Shown: piece by piece, positions 1 to 9,432 of the stretch
How the letters are laid out: each line of letters begins with the position of its first letter
Position numbering within the stretch: the stretch's first letter is position 1
Assembly (NCBI GenBank): GCA_000993405.1
Contig: LBWB01000009.1
Span: 13,848 to 77,847, forward strand
DNA: 64,000 nucleotides
Direction: 5' to 3'
From: Candidatus Woesebacteria bacterium GW2011_GWB1_39_12
GTDB lineage: Bacteria > Patescibacteriota > Microgenomatia > UBA8517
Notes under the pieces: model-generated
The model's database searches: none
The model's input: only the letters and a program-made list of their open reading frames with translations
What the model was told of the DNA's origin: nothing
Translations under genes and position numbers: made by a program

Positions 1-337
1 CTGCGTCTTTTACAATACGCCCGTAGTGCTCAACGTGCGCGGCGGTCGGAACTTTATTGGCAACTTCAACCAAAAAGCTCACTCCGCCAATTTTTTTGAG
101 TACCTTTCTTTTTTTCAGACGTTCTGAAACGGTTAAAACGTCAATCGGAATTCTGTCTTCGTAAAGTTCAAGTGCACACTCGTAAATTTCTCTGTGTCTA
201 TCATCATAAAAATCATCAGACTTTAAAAATTCGGCAACAGCAATTATTGCGTCGCGATCCAATAAAAGCGCACCCAGCACCGACTCCTCTGCTTCAGGTG
301 AATGGGGCGGGATACGAACTTGAAGTTGATCAGCCAT
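1..337 (-). CDS. dnaB: replicative DNA helicase DnaB, 5' part (runs off window)
   Basis: Manual translation from ATG at 337: MADQLQVRIPPHSPEAEESVLGALLLD, the canonical DnaB N-terminus. Confidence 0.93.
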   Translation of the reverse strand, partial: MADQLQVRIPPHSPEAEESVLGALLLDRDAIIAVAEFLKSDDFYDDRHREIYECALELYEDRIPIDVLTVSERLKKRKVLKKIGGVSFLVEVANKVPTAAHVEHYGRIVKDA

Positions 338-344
338 AATAAAT

Positions 345-472
345 TAAACTCTAAATTCTAAGCACAAAATTCGAAACAATATCTAATGTCAAATTTTCAA
401 AATTCAAAAAAGTTTTAATATTGGAACTTTGAGTTTTGAATTTGTTTAGAATTTAGGATTTCGGATTTAGGA
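345..472. repeat. degenerate heptamer tandem repeats in two inverted blocks
   Basis: ctaaatt/ctaagca/caaaatt/cgaaac... followed by gttttgaatttgtttagaatttaggatttcggatttagg. Confidence 0.6.
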
Positions 473-1117
473 TTTCTTTTCTAACACTACCACCTTCATC
501 TCTTCTCCTAATTCATTTTTCTTTATACTTAATTTTTCCAATCTTTCCACAGGTAAGCTGACTTCCCTCAGAAAATCATCAACAGTTGCTAATTCTCCGA
601 AGACCTCCTGATTAATCCCGGAAATTTTATAGTGCATAGGAATCGTAATTCTGGGTTCAATGTCTCGAACAACTTCTCCTGCTTCGCTTGGGCCAATAGT
701 ATATATTCCTCCTACAGGAATCATAAGAACATCAACCTCTCCCAACTCTCCAAGCACATCTTCAGTCAGTCTATGACCCAAATCTCCCAAATGGACAAGC
801 CTCAAATCGTCCATCTCGATAACATAAATTGTATTTTTTCCTCGCTCAACACCCTTTTTTGAGTCATGGTAGGTCCCAAAACCAATTATAGATACACCCG
901 AAATCTCATATTCACCCGGTCCATCAATAACTTTTTTTACATCTGATACCGCTTGAACAAAACCATGGTCATCGTGCGCGTGAGAAACCGTAACTAAATC
1001 CGCCGATATTTTAGGAAACTTTAATCCTACCTTTTTCGAATCAAACGGGTCGGATACAAGACTTAAAGACTTACCCCTAAGTTTGAAAGATGAGTGTCCA
1101 AGATAAGTAATATCCAT
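467..1117 (-). CDS. metallo-beta-lactamase-fold hydrolase
   Basis: YLGHS, SHAHDDH, HLGD and PMHY motifs. Confidence 0.9.
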   Translation of the reverse strand: MDITYLGHSSFKLRGKSLSLVSDPFDSKKVGLKFPKISADLVTVSHAHDDHGFVQAVSDVKKVIDGPGEYEISGVSIIGFGTYHDSKKGVERGKNTIYVIEMDDLRLVHLGDLGHRLTEDVLGELGEVDVLMIPVGGIYTIGPSEAGEVVRDIEPRITIPMHYKISGINQEVFGELATVDDFLREVSLPVERLEKLSIKKNELGEEMKVVVLEKKS

Positions 1118-1118
1118 A

Positions 1119-1200
1119 GAACTTGTTTCAAAACTCGCCAGGCGGGCTCGTTTTGAGGCCTTATGGCAAGTTATATGAAGTGTTTTGAAACCACTTCATA
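1119..1200. repeat. small palindromic element (family shared with 23271-23340 and 61380-61446)
   Basis: Imperfect IR gaacttgtttcaaaac...gttttgaaaccacttc; interior ggctcgttttgaggccttatggcaagttata resembles the minus strand of 61411-61446. Confidence 0.6.
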
Positions 1201-1298
1201 ACCCTTTCGTCATCCTACCAAAGAGAGCTTAAGTTGACAAGGGGCTTTATCTCAATTATATTAACGCTGACCGGCCAGAAATTTCTCCTGCCACAATA

Positions 1299-2306
1299 AT
1301 GCGTAAAGAACTCATAATTGCTATAATCGCTGGAATCATAGTGGGACTGACAATCGCCTTTGGCGTCTGGAGAGCAAATTCTGCTTTAAAAAAAGTTAAG
1401 GTTGTAACAAAAGAGCCTACTTCGTTAGATCAAAAAAGGTCGGTCAGTCAAAATGGTTCTTCTAAAATTACTCTTGCCGCGCCTGAGGCAGAGGACGTAA
1501 TAACCCAAAATCCGACCAAGGTATCAGGAATTACATTAAAAGACGCATTAGTCGTAGTTTCATCAGAAGAAGAAGACTATATATTGAAAGCTGACGCTTC
1601 GGGGTCCTTTGAACAGGAAGTCGAGCTTATTGGCGGGATAAATCAGTTAATTGTAGCCTCGTTTGATGAAAGTGAAGGGAAATCTGAACAAGAATTAACG
1701 GTTATCTTTTCGAGGGAATTTAAGGTCAGTGAAGAAGGTTCCGGAAATCCTACTGCAACCGACGAGGGTGACCCTATCCGCGAAAAAGTAAGAGAAAAGC
1801 TTGAGGAGGTTAAGAAAAATCCTAAAGCTTATATCGGAACAATAACAGATAAGCTTGAAACATCTCTTCAGATTAAAAACGCTCTTGGTGAAATTCAATT
1901 AATATCTGTTGACAGCGAAAACGTCGACTTCGTAAAAACAAGTAAGAGTCAAACCACCATTAAATACAATGACTTGGCAATCGGAGACTTTATAATTGCC
2001 ATGGGTTTTGCGACTAACTCGAATGGAGTTTTGGCTGCTCAAAGAATACTGGTTTCTCCCCAACTTGAAGCTCCAAAAAGGGAAATAGTATTTGGTCAGG
2101 CTACAGGTATCGCCAAAAACGTGCTTAGTCTAAAAGACAAACAGGGAAAAGAATGGAAACTTACATTTCCCAAAAAATGGAAGGGTCCTGAAATAAAAGA
2201 AATCAAAGAAGGAGAAAAAGTCGTGGCTATAGTTGAGCAAGAAGAAAATATCTATAATATAAGAACCATAGAAATTACGTCAAAAGTTGAAACTTCCTCA
2301 AATTAA
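1299..2306 (+). CDS. membrane-anchored protein with Ig-like and DUF5666-like beta domains
   Basis: N-terminal TM; ADASGSFEQEVELIGGINQL Ig-like segment; DLAIGDFIIAMG repeat-type motif; TTGACA promoter at about 1234. Confidence 0.6.
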   Translation: MRKELIIAIIAGIIVGLTIAFGVWRANSALKKVKVVTKEPTSLDQKRSVSQNGSSKITLAAPEAEDVITQNPTKVSGITLKDALVVVSSEEEDYILKADASGSFEQEVELIGGINQLIVASFDESEGKSEQELTVIFSREFKVSEEGSGNPTATDEGDPIREKVREKLEEVKKNPKAYIGTITDKLETSLQIKNALGEIQLISVDSENVDFVKTSKSQTTIKYNDLAIGDFIIAMGFATNSNGVLAAQRILVSPQLEAPKREIVFGQATGIAKNVLSLKDKQGKEWKLTFPKKWKGPEIKEIKEGEKVVAIVEQEENIYNIRTIEITSKVETSSN

Positions 2307-2317
2307 TTTTTCTTTAT

Positions 2318-2839
2318 ATGATACGGCTGCTAACGGAAAAGGACGCAAATCAATATCAAAAGATTAGATTACAAAGTTTAAAAACCGATCCGGAGGCATT
2401 TTTGTCTACTTTCGAAAGCGAATCAAAGTTACCTCTAGAATACTTTCAGCATAAAATTCGAAATGCCGAAAAAGATCCAACTTTCGGATATTATGGCCTC
2501 TTCGAAAGCTCAAGACTAATAGCCTACGCTCAAATTTCTGACGGCTACTTAGCTAAAAAAAAGCACGTTGCCTATTTCTATGAAGTGTATGTTGATCCCG
2601 ACTTCAGGAAAAAGGGGTATGCTACCCAACTGATAAATTTTTTAATAGACAAAGTCAGGAAATATAAAGAAATCGAACAGATAGAACTAAAAGTTAATTC
2701 AAGAAATAAAAGCGCCATTGCCTTATACGAGAAACTTGGGTTTAAAAGAATTGCTCAGCTCCCCCACGCTGTCAAAGAACCCGACGGAACTTATCAAGAT
2801 GAATTTATTTACAGTTTTTCTTTAAAAAACTTCCATTGA
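2318..2839 (+). CDS. GNAT family N-acetyltransferase
   Basis: VYVDPDFRKKGYA and NKSAIALYEKLGF motifs. Confidence 0.9.
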   Translation: MIRLLTEKDANQYQKIRLQSLKTDPEAFLSTFESESKLPLEYFQHKIRNAEKDPTFGYYGLFESSRLIAYAQISDGYLAKKKHVAYFYEVYVDPDFRKKGYATQLINFLIDKVRKYKEIEQIELKVNSRNKSAIALYEKLGFKRIAQLPHAVKEPDGTYQDEFIYSFSLKNFH

Positions 2840-2984
2840 CAAAAAATCTTACACGAAGCATTATTTTACTAAATGAAGATGAGTTTACATAGAATTGTTA
2901 CAAAATCTTTCAGTTATCCTATTTTAAAAGAACTTAGAGAAATCAAAAAAATAATAAGGGAAACTAATAAAATTGCAAACTCCA

Positions 2985-3062
2985 GATACAAAAATTGATG
3001 AAGAAGTTTATAAACTCTACGGATTAACTCAAAAAGAAATTGAAATTATAGAGAAAGGTTGA
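2985..3062 (+). pseudogene. orphan C-terminal tail of a type IIG/Eco57I-like restriction-modification enzyme
   Basis: Translates DTKIDEEVYKLYGLTQKEIEIIEKG*, typical R-M C-terminus; in-frame stop at 2955 and no start. Confidence 0.65.
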
Positions 3063-3132
3063 CACGCACATTTTCGTTTATTGCTTGATTAAGTTTTGTG
3101 GTAGTAGTATAAGTAAAGTATAATAACTTTTC

Positions 3133-3384
3133 ATGCCTAAAGCATTGAGGAAATATATCAAAACTGACCCGAAAATTTTAGGAGGGGCTCCTGTTATAGC
3201 AGGAACAAGGATTCCCATTGAAAGAATTTTTCATTTAGTAAGACAGGGTTATACTACAAAAACACTGGAAGAAGAATACCCGCAGTTGGAAGCTCGGAAA
3301 ATACAATACCTCTTATCCTACTTAATGGAAGCCGGCCTCGATGCCTTCAAGAAAACACAAAAGATACAACCTTCTACTCGATGA
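3133..3384 (+). CDS. DUF433 family antitoxin
   Basis: DPKILGGAPVIAGTRIPI motif. Confidence 0.88.
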   Translation: MPKALRKYIKTDPKILGGAPVIAGTRIPIERIFHLVRQGYTTKTLEEEYPQLEARKIQYLLSYLMEAGLDAFKKTQKIQPSTR

Positions 3385-3745
3385 GGGATTGCCTCCGAGA
3401 CAAAACTACCATCGACTGAACAATCTTCATGATGTTAAACACATTAAGCATGACTCCAAATTGGGCGGGGCTGCAGATAAAAAAGTGTTGGAGAAAGCCA
3501 AGAAAGAATCGCGTATTCTTGTAACATTTAATATAAAAGACTTTAAATTGCTTATCCATGAAGATACTCCCTCTATTATTGCCTTGTCGCCCAAACTTAC
3601 TAATTTACAGGCAGATCTTAAGATTTGTAAGTTATTAAGAAAGTTAAAAACAGGTGAAAAGAAAGGGTATCTTATTTCCATTTCCAACAGCGGAATAATT
3701 TTAAAAAGAAGATTAATTAACCAAGATAATAAACTTAAAATCTAA
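3341..3745 (+). CDS. DUF5615 PIN-like toxin (VapC45-like)
   Basis: LLLDEGL, ADKKVL, RILVTFNIKDF; overlaps the DUF433 gene. Confidence 0.82.
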   Translation: MPSRKHKRYNLLLDEGLPPRQNYHRLNNLHDVKHIKHDSKLGGAADKKVLEKAKKESRILVTFNIKDFKLLIHEDTPSIIALSPKLTNLQADLKICKLLRKLKTGEKKGYLISISNSGIILKRRLINQDNKLKI

Positions 3746-3835
3746 TTTGTACAAAGTATCTGCCTCCGAGGTGGTAAGTCAAAATCATAAACTAATAAAT
3801 TGTCTAATCAACTTATTATTGCTATCATTTAAAGT

Positions 3836-5086
3836 ATGGACAAGACGAAGTTACAGACCTTAAAAGGTTTTAGGGATTTTTTGCCAAAGGAGGCAAGAAA
3901 AAGGCAGTATCTAATTGACAAACTAAGAAGCATTTTTGAACTCTTCGGTTTTGAACCTTTAGAAACACCAGCTCTGGAATATAAAGAAATATTGTTTGGA
4001 AAATCCGGAAGTGAAACCGACAAGTTAGCCTACTCTTTTAAAGACCAAGGCGGTCGTGAGGTGGCACTTCGCTATGACCAAACAGTTCCAACAGCCCGTG
4101 TTATGGCTATGTATCAAAATTCTCTTCCAATGCCTTTCAGAAGATATCAGATCCAGCCTGCGTGGCGAGCCGAAAATCCTCAATCAGGCCGCTTCCGAGA
4201 ATTCCTGCAGTGTGATGCAGATATTTACGGATCCCAATCCCCCATTTCGGATGCAGAGATAATCTCTCTGACAAATTACATTTTTACAAACTTGGGTTTT
4301 ACGAAATTTAAAATTTTTATAAATGACAGGAAATTACTTTTCGAATTGATGACTTTTGCCTCTATTCCTCCGGAATTACAATTTCAAGCGATAAGCGCTA
4401 TTGATAAATTAGACAGAAAGAGAGAGGACGAAGTGGGCGTCGAACTTAAAACAATAGGGCTTAGCGACGAATCAATAAAACATCTCTTTCATCATCTTGC
4501 AGAGTCTAAACCGAGCGAGAATCTTCTAAGTATCATAAAGTATGCCAAATCCCTTGGTGTTGATGAAGACAAACTCATCTTTCAAGCAAGACTAGCAAGA
4601 GGACTGGATTATTACACGGGAACTATATTTGAAGTAAAAATTGATGAATATAAAGCGGGCTCTGTTCTTGGTGGAGGCCGCTACGACAAACTTATAGAAA
4701 GCCTTTCAGGTATAAATATTCCGGCAGTCGGGTTTGGATTGGGATTTGACAGAACAATTGAGGCAATGGAACAATTTAAACTTTTCCCGGAAGAAGGAAG
4801 AAGATTTGGATCACTAATTGCCGTTTTTAATTCCGAACTCTTGGGGAAATCATTAGAGGTTACGCAAAAATTAAGAGATCAAGGAATTCAAGTTGAAACA
4901 TTTCCGGACGAAACCAAGGATTTAACAAAACAATTAAAATATGCCGACAAAAAAGGGGTCAAGTGGTTTATCGTAATCGGACCCGACGAAGCGGAAAAAG
5001 AAAGTGTAATACTTAAAAACTTGGAAACGGGTCGTCAGGAAGATTTACCTCTCAAAAACTTGATTTCTAAATTAAAAGAAGGTTAA
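3836..5086 (+). CDS. hisS: histidine--tRNA ligase
   Basis: LRYDQTVP, RAENPQSGRFREFLQCD, RGLDYYTG, GGGRYD. Confidence 0.98.
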   Translation: MDKTKLQTLKGFRDFLPKEARKRQYLIDKLRSIFELFGFEPLETPALEYKEILFGKSGSETDKLAYSFKDQGGREVALRYDQTVPTARVMAMYQNSLPMPFRRYQIQPAWRAENPQSGRFREFLQCDADIYGSQSPISDAEIISLTNYIFTNLGFTKFKIFINDRKLLFELMTFASIPPELQFQAISAIDKLDRKREDEVGVELKTIGLSDESIKHLFHHLAESKPSENLLSIIKYAKSLGVDEDKLIFQARLARGLDYYTGTIFEVKIDEYKAGSVLGGGRYDKLIESLSGINIPAVGFGLGFDRTIEAMEQFKLFPEEGRRFGSLIAVFNSELLGKSLEVTQKLRDQGIQVETFPDETKDLTKQLKYADKKGVKWFIVIGPDEAEKESVILKNLETGRQEDLPLKNLISKLKEG

Positions 5087-5089
5087 TCC

Positions 5090-5947
5090 ATGGCCCCAAA
5101 AAGAGTTAAAGCATATATCTACTTATTATTGGCAGCTCTTATCTGGGGTATCGCCGGTCCAGTTATTAAATTCACGCTTGATGGAATTGATCCCCTACCA
5201 TTCATTTCTTATAGACTTGCAATATCCGCTGTTATTTCAATCATTTTTTTTATCTTAAAAATTAAAAAAGGTAAAAAATTTAGGCAATTAAGGGTTCATT
5301 TACCTTTGGTTTTTCTTTACGGATTTTTGGCCGTTCCGGCTGCACTTGGACTACTTTTTGCCGGACTTGATAATGGAGCGGCATTCTTCAGCGAGCACAT
5401 AACTAAAAGGGAAAGGATCGGGGTTTCTATCGTGCTTTTGGGTGTTTTACTTAATTCCCTATACCCTATTATTAAAGCCGAGGGAGTCAAGCTTACTGCA
5501 AACATCTTGCTCTTTGCATACCTTTTAGCGGATTCCGGCTCAATTCTTATTGCCAAGAAACTTTCGCGTTTCAAAATTAATTCCGCCAACCTCACAAACC
5601 TGGCATTTATTATTGGTGCTATTACTTTACTTCCTTTAACGCTGGTTTCTTATGGCTGGGAAAATTTTTTTAGTCAAATTGTAAATCTACCTTTAAAATA
5701 TCATCTCGGTGTATGGTATATGGCTATTTTCTCAGGCAGCATAGCTTATTATCTTTTCGTGAGAGCTCATAAATCAATAGAAGTGTCCGAAGCGGTTCTA
5801 TTTAACTATCTCCAGCCGGTAATCACAATTCCCTTGGCAATTTTCTGGCTCCACGAAAGTATATCCCCATCATTTATCACCGGGGCTATTCTTATTACAA
5901 TTGGTCTTATAATTGCCGAATACAAAAAGAAACGCTATAATACTTGA
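5090..5947 (+). CDS. DMT/EamA family transporter
   Basis: IWG motif, multiple TMs, two EamA-like repeats (first appears shortened). Confidence 0.85.
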   Translation: MAPKRVKAYIYLLLAALIWGIAGPVIKFTLDGIDPLPFISYRLAISAVISIIFFILKIKKGKKFRQLRVHLPLVFLYGFLAVPAALGLLFAGLDNGAAFFSEHITKRERIGVSIVLLGVLLNSLYPIIKAEGVKLTANILLFAYLLADSGSILIAKKLSRFKINSANLTNLAFIIGAITLLPLTLVSYGWENFFSQIVNLPLKYHLGVWYMAIFSGSIAYYLFVRAHKSIEVSEAVLFNYLQPVITIPLAIFWLHESISPSFITGAILITIGLIIAEYKKKRYNT

Positions 5948-5950
5948 ATC

Positions 5951-6274
5951 GTGAAAGCAAACATACATCCAGAGTGGTTTCCGGAAGCGCAAGTAACTTG
6001 TGCCTGCGGAAATACATTTAAGGTCGGGAGTACCTTACCCAAAATCGAGGTCGAGGTATGCTATAATTGCCATCCTTTTTATACGGGCCAGATGAAATAT
6101 GTCGATACCGCAGGACGTGTTGACTCTTTTGAGGCAAGACGTAAAATGGCGGTCGAAGAAAGAGTTTCCAAGACCGAGAAAAGAATGTTGAGGCGGGAAA
6201 GAAAGATTCAAAAAGAACTAGAACGACCGGATACATTAGCCGAGCTTCGAAAGATATCTAAGAAAAAAAATTAG
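5951..6274 (+). CDS. rpmE: 50S ribosomal protein L31 (Zn-binding type, C-terminal extension)
   Basis: [25 protein letters not shown]. Confidence 0.97.
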   Translation: MKANIHPEWFPEAQVTCACGNTFKVGSTLPKIEVEVCYNCHPFYTGQMKYVDTAGRVDSFEARRKMAVEERVSKTEKRMLRRERKIQKELERPDTLAELRKISKKKN

Positions 6275-6319
6275 CAGTTTCTAACAATTAATAATCACTC
6301 ACCCCGTGTGATTTTATTT

Positions 6320-7024
6320 ATGAATAACGATATCCAAAAAGTATACATCGAAATCCGGGGCGCAACTGGTGGAGATGAAGCTAAACTCTGGGGGGGCGAC
6401 CTTCTACGCATGTACATGCGCTATGCTACCAAAAAGGGTTGGCGCTCTTCCCCTATTGACGAAAAAACTCTATTAATTTCCGGCTCTCGTGCGTTTGACT
6501 TGCTAAAAAACGAATCGGGCGTCCACAGGGTCCAGCGAGTTCCAACCACAGAAAAGAGGGGCCGAATTCACACCTCGACTGCAACAGTTGCCGTTTTACC
6601 TGAAATAAAAGAAACTGAAGTACAAGTTAACCCACAAGACCTGGAAATATCTTTTTTCCGATCAGGTGGGCACGGAGGTCAAAACGTAAATAAAGTCTCG
6701 ACCGCTGTGAGGTTGGTACATAAACCGACAAGCATTGTCGTAACCGCTTCCGAAGAGCGATTTCAGGAAGCCAACAGGCAAATTGCCCTTGCCCTTCTCC
6801 GTTCTAAACTTTGGGAAAGGGAGGAAGAAAAAAAGATGACAACAATCGCCGGATACCGCTCTCCCATCGGCCGCGGCATGAGGGCTGAAAAAATCCGCAC
6901 CTACAATTTCCCTCAAGATAGGGTCACCGACCACCGAATCGGCAAATCATTTGGTAACCTTGAGTCCATAGTTGACGGGAATTTGGATAAATTGGTTACT
7001 TATCTTCAAACGGCCAATATATAA
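6320..7024 (+). CDS. prfA: peptide chain release factor 1, short form lacking domain 1
   Basis: [24 protein letters not shown] (PxT), [19 protein letters not shown]; next to rpmE. Confidence 0.92.
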   Translation: MNNDIQKVYIEIRGATGGDEAKLWGGDLLRMYMRYATKKGWRSSPIDEKTLLISGSRAFDLLKNESGVHRVQRVPTTEKRGRIHTSTATVAVLPEIKETEVQVNPQDLEISFFRSGGHGGQNVNKVSTAVRLVHKPTSIVVTASEERFQEANRQIALALLRSKLWEREEEKKMTTIAGYRSPIGRGMRAEKIRTYNFPQDRVTDHRIGKSFGNLESIVDGNLDKLVTYLQTANI

Positions 7025-7054
7025 AATTCTCCAATAATATTCTACGTACAGATT

Positions 7055-8278
7055 TTATGAATTAAACCCCATACTTAATGTAGCAAGAGCCTCGCGCAAC
7101 CGCATTTCTCTTGGATCCTCGGCAAGAGGAGGTATCATTATCTTTACTTCAGACGGAATATCCTCTGGTGTAATAATTGCAGGTTTAATTTTTTCCGGAG
7201 TTAGACCAATTCTGGGATTAGGTAGAATGACCCCTTCTGGTTCAAACCAATTCCTTCTTCCATACATTTCGTCCCTTATGCTTTTTTTCTGGATTAGTCT
7301 AAACCATTGGGTTTCAAATGTCCGCTCTCCAACCTCATCCTTCCATACACGACGTGATGACAACACATTATCCACTTGGCTGATGAATGGTTCACCAAGC
7401 CGATGAATAAAGTCTTCAAAGCGTGGGAATGACAGAGGAATTGCCCCAATTTCACGACATCTTTTTACAACTAAGTCAAATCTGGGATGGTCCCTCGCAA
7501 TATGAATTCCGAACGGGCGTAGAAGTGAATATTTGTGTAACCAGTGTCTATCAATTTCTTTACTTTTTTTATCAAAACTGCCTGATGGACAGATGTAATC
7601 ACAATAAGGTGAATAAGAAATAAGTGACGTTCTCCAAAAGGTATTTAAGTATGGCGTACTCCCTGCATCAGTAATCTCTTGGTTGGTATCCGCAACTACA
7701 ACCGTAACCATATCTTCGTACCTAATTCCATAAAGCAGTGCCACATCTTCTTCTGTATCAGTTTGAGCATATATATGACCAGGGTGTGGAATTGTATTCC
7801 ATTTTCCATGGAGTAAAAGAACTTTTAAGTTGGGGTTAAATTTTCTCCTTCGTTCTATATCAAGAGCTACTTCTTCCACCGACCCTAAAACTTTATTTCC
7901 AAGTAACTGATTTGCTGGTCCTAAATAGATATCTCTTTCCGATTGGGCTAAATTCTCTCGGGGCATTTTTCCTTGCATGAGAAGAGGGATATCTGATCCC
8001 AATAAAAAGTCGTGGAATATACCATAACTGATAGCATTGAGTTGAAACTGTTTACTGGGGTGATGATGATATCCTTCTTCATCGTAAAAACCATTGCTTG
8101 TCATAAGGAGAAGTGTTCTAATTGCCTTTGGTGAGGCTCTAACCCCAAGATGTAATAGATTGTAATTATCCTCTACTGCCTCACCGAGAGATCCATAGAC
8201 TATATCAAGAGGTAAATAGGCTTCTGGTAAACCTTTTTCAATTGCGTTTTTAAGGTCGGGGTGCACCCTCTCTGTCAC
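7055..8278 (-). CDS. divergent HxGH nucleotidyltransferase (cytidylyltransferase-like)
   Basis: LLHGKWNTIPHPGHI motif; PYLNTFWR...YCDYI resembles the TagD/RfaE core. Confidence 0.6.
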   Translation of the reverse strand: MTERVHPDLKNAIEKGLPEAYLPLDIVYGSLGEAVEDNYNLLHLGVRASPKAIRTLLLMTSNGFYDEEGYHHHPSKQFQLNAISYGIFHDFLLGSDIPLLMQGKMPRENLAQSERDIYLGPANQLLGNKVLGSVEEVALDIERRRKFNPNLKVLLLHGKWNTIPHPGHIYAQTDTEEDVALLYGIRYEDMVTVVVADTNQEITDAGSTPYLNTFWRTSLISYSPYCDYICPSGSFDKKSKEIDRHWLHKYSLLRPFGIHIARDHPRFDLVVKRCREIGAIPLSFPRFEDFIHRLGEPFISQVDNVLSSRRVWKDEVGERTFETQWFRLIQKKSIRDEMYGRRNWFEPEGVILPNPRIGLTPEKIKPAIITPEDIPSEVKIMIPPLAEDPREMRLREALATLSMGFNS

Positions 8279-8336
8279 GGTACGTAATTATACACAAGAA
8301 CTGATGAATAAAAACTTCGACTGCAATCAAAGAGGG

Positions 8337-8402
8337 CTCGAGGCAAATGTAGATGGGAATTTGGATAAAGTAGTCGAACTTCTTCAAGAGAAATTAAAAT
8401 AA
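8337..8402 (+). pseudogene. duplicated alternative 3' end of prfA
   Basis: LEANVDGNLDKVVELLQEKLK* versus prf[22 protein letters not shown]; identical 15 bp gggaatttggataaa at 6977-6991 and 8355-8369. Confidence 0.85.
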
Positions 8403-8415
8403 AATAACTCTTCTC

Positions 8416-9387
8416 TCATTCGACAAAAAGTGACTCATTGTAACCAATACGATTTAAGTCTTTTAAAAAATCACCCTTAAGATACTCAGATATATCCCAT
8501 TTTTGCGATTTCAATCCTGCATTCTCTACCCCAATACTTAATCTTTCTACTCTCGTTGAAATTGACTCAACCGGCAGATCAGGAATTACTCGTAAATTTT
8601 GTCTAACAAAAAGATTGGTAATTTCTTCTATACTCATAGTTCCAGGCGTAAGTTCTTGCACGGCTTCTGTTGTACTTAGTAGAGGATAAGGATGGGTGAT
8701 CCTACAATCTAAATCCTGTTCTCCCCTTGCCAACTTTTCCGTTAGATACGGATCCTTCTCATGAACAAAAAAATATTTAGCACCGGAACCTAAAAACAAC
8801 CCATTATAGTGGTCGTTATCTGGTAAATCCCGAGTATTTCTTGGCAGTACTGTAAGATGAGTTAATGTCCCTTCGTGAACCCACATAGAAAGCCTTAAGG
8901 GAAGTGAAAGAAAAGGCGCCTTGCGGTCCTTCCTTTGCATATATTCATCCTGTTCAAATCCCCAAATTGTCACAGGAACAACACGTGCCATATACTTTGC
9001 CGCATGCACATGACCTTTGTGGCCTTCAGCCCCGGCAACAAATAACATGCCGGTATTTTCATCCCTGTATTTTGTTTCAAGTAAGCTGGATAAATCTTCG
9101 AACTTAACTAATTTATCTCCGGATGACACCAATCCTGTTCCTGATTCTAGCTGAGGTGCTTTTAGCAAATCCTTCCAATAGCCAAACCATTCAGGTGCGA
9201 GCACCTTTCTTCTTGCGAAATTTGGGCCGGGATGAGTAACTAATAATTGTTCAGCCTCCTTAAGCGCAGCAAGTACATTTTGGGGCGCAAAGACAACCTT
9301 TTTATCAAGCATTTCTTGCCAAGTTATTTTGGGTAAAGCTTCGGACTCGAAGTTAATGAAGAACCTCGGTTTGTTTTCCGCCGTCAT
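8416..9387 (-). CDS. divergent HxGH nucleotidyltransferase (cytidylyltransferase-like)
   Basis: GAEGHKGHVHA; RKDRKAPFLSLPLR; LSTT near the end of the core. Confidence 0.6.
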   Translation of the reverse strand: MTAENKPRFFINFESEALPKITWQEMLDKKVVFAPQNVLAALKEAEQLLVTHPGPNFARRKVLAPEWFGYWKDLLKAPQLESGTGLVSSGDKLVKFEDLSSLLETKYRDENTGMLFVAGAEGHKGHVHAAKYMARVVPVTIWGFEQDEYMQRKDRKAPFLSLPLRLSMWVHEGTLTHLTVLPRNTRDLPDNDHYNGLFLGSGAKYFFVHEKDPYLTEKLARGEQDLDCRITHPYPLLSTTEAVQELTPGTMSIEEITNLFVRQNLRVIPDLPVESISTRVERLSIGVENAGLKSQKWDISEYLKGDFLKDLNRIGYNESLFVE

Positions 9388-9432
9388 TTGAGGCGATTAT
9401 ATCACTTGCGAAAAGGTTGAGAGGGTGCTATT

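Noticed and set aside
3743-3778. TAATTTGTACAAA after the first PIN gene as a motif B copy; nearby cctccgagg mini-hairpin
   Set aside because: The match is too short in AT-rich DNA and lacks the GAAGAC core and the GGAG flank.
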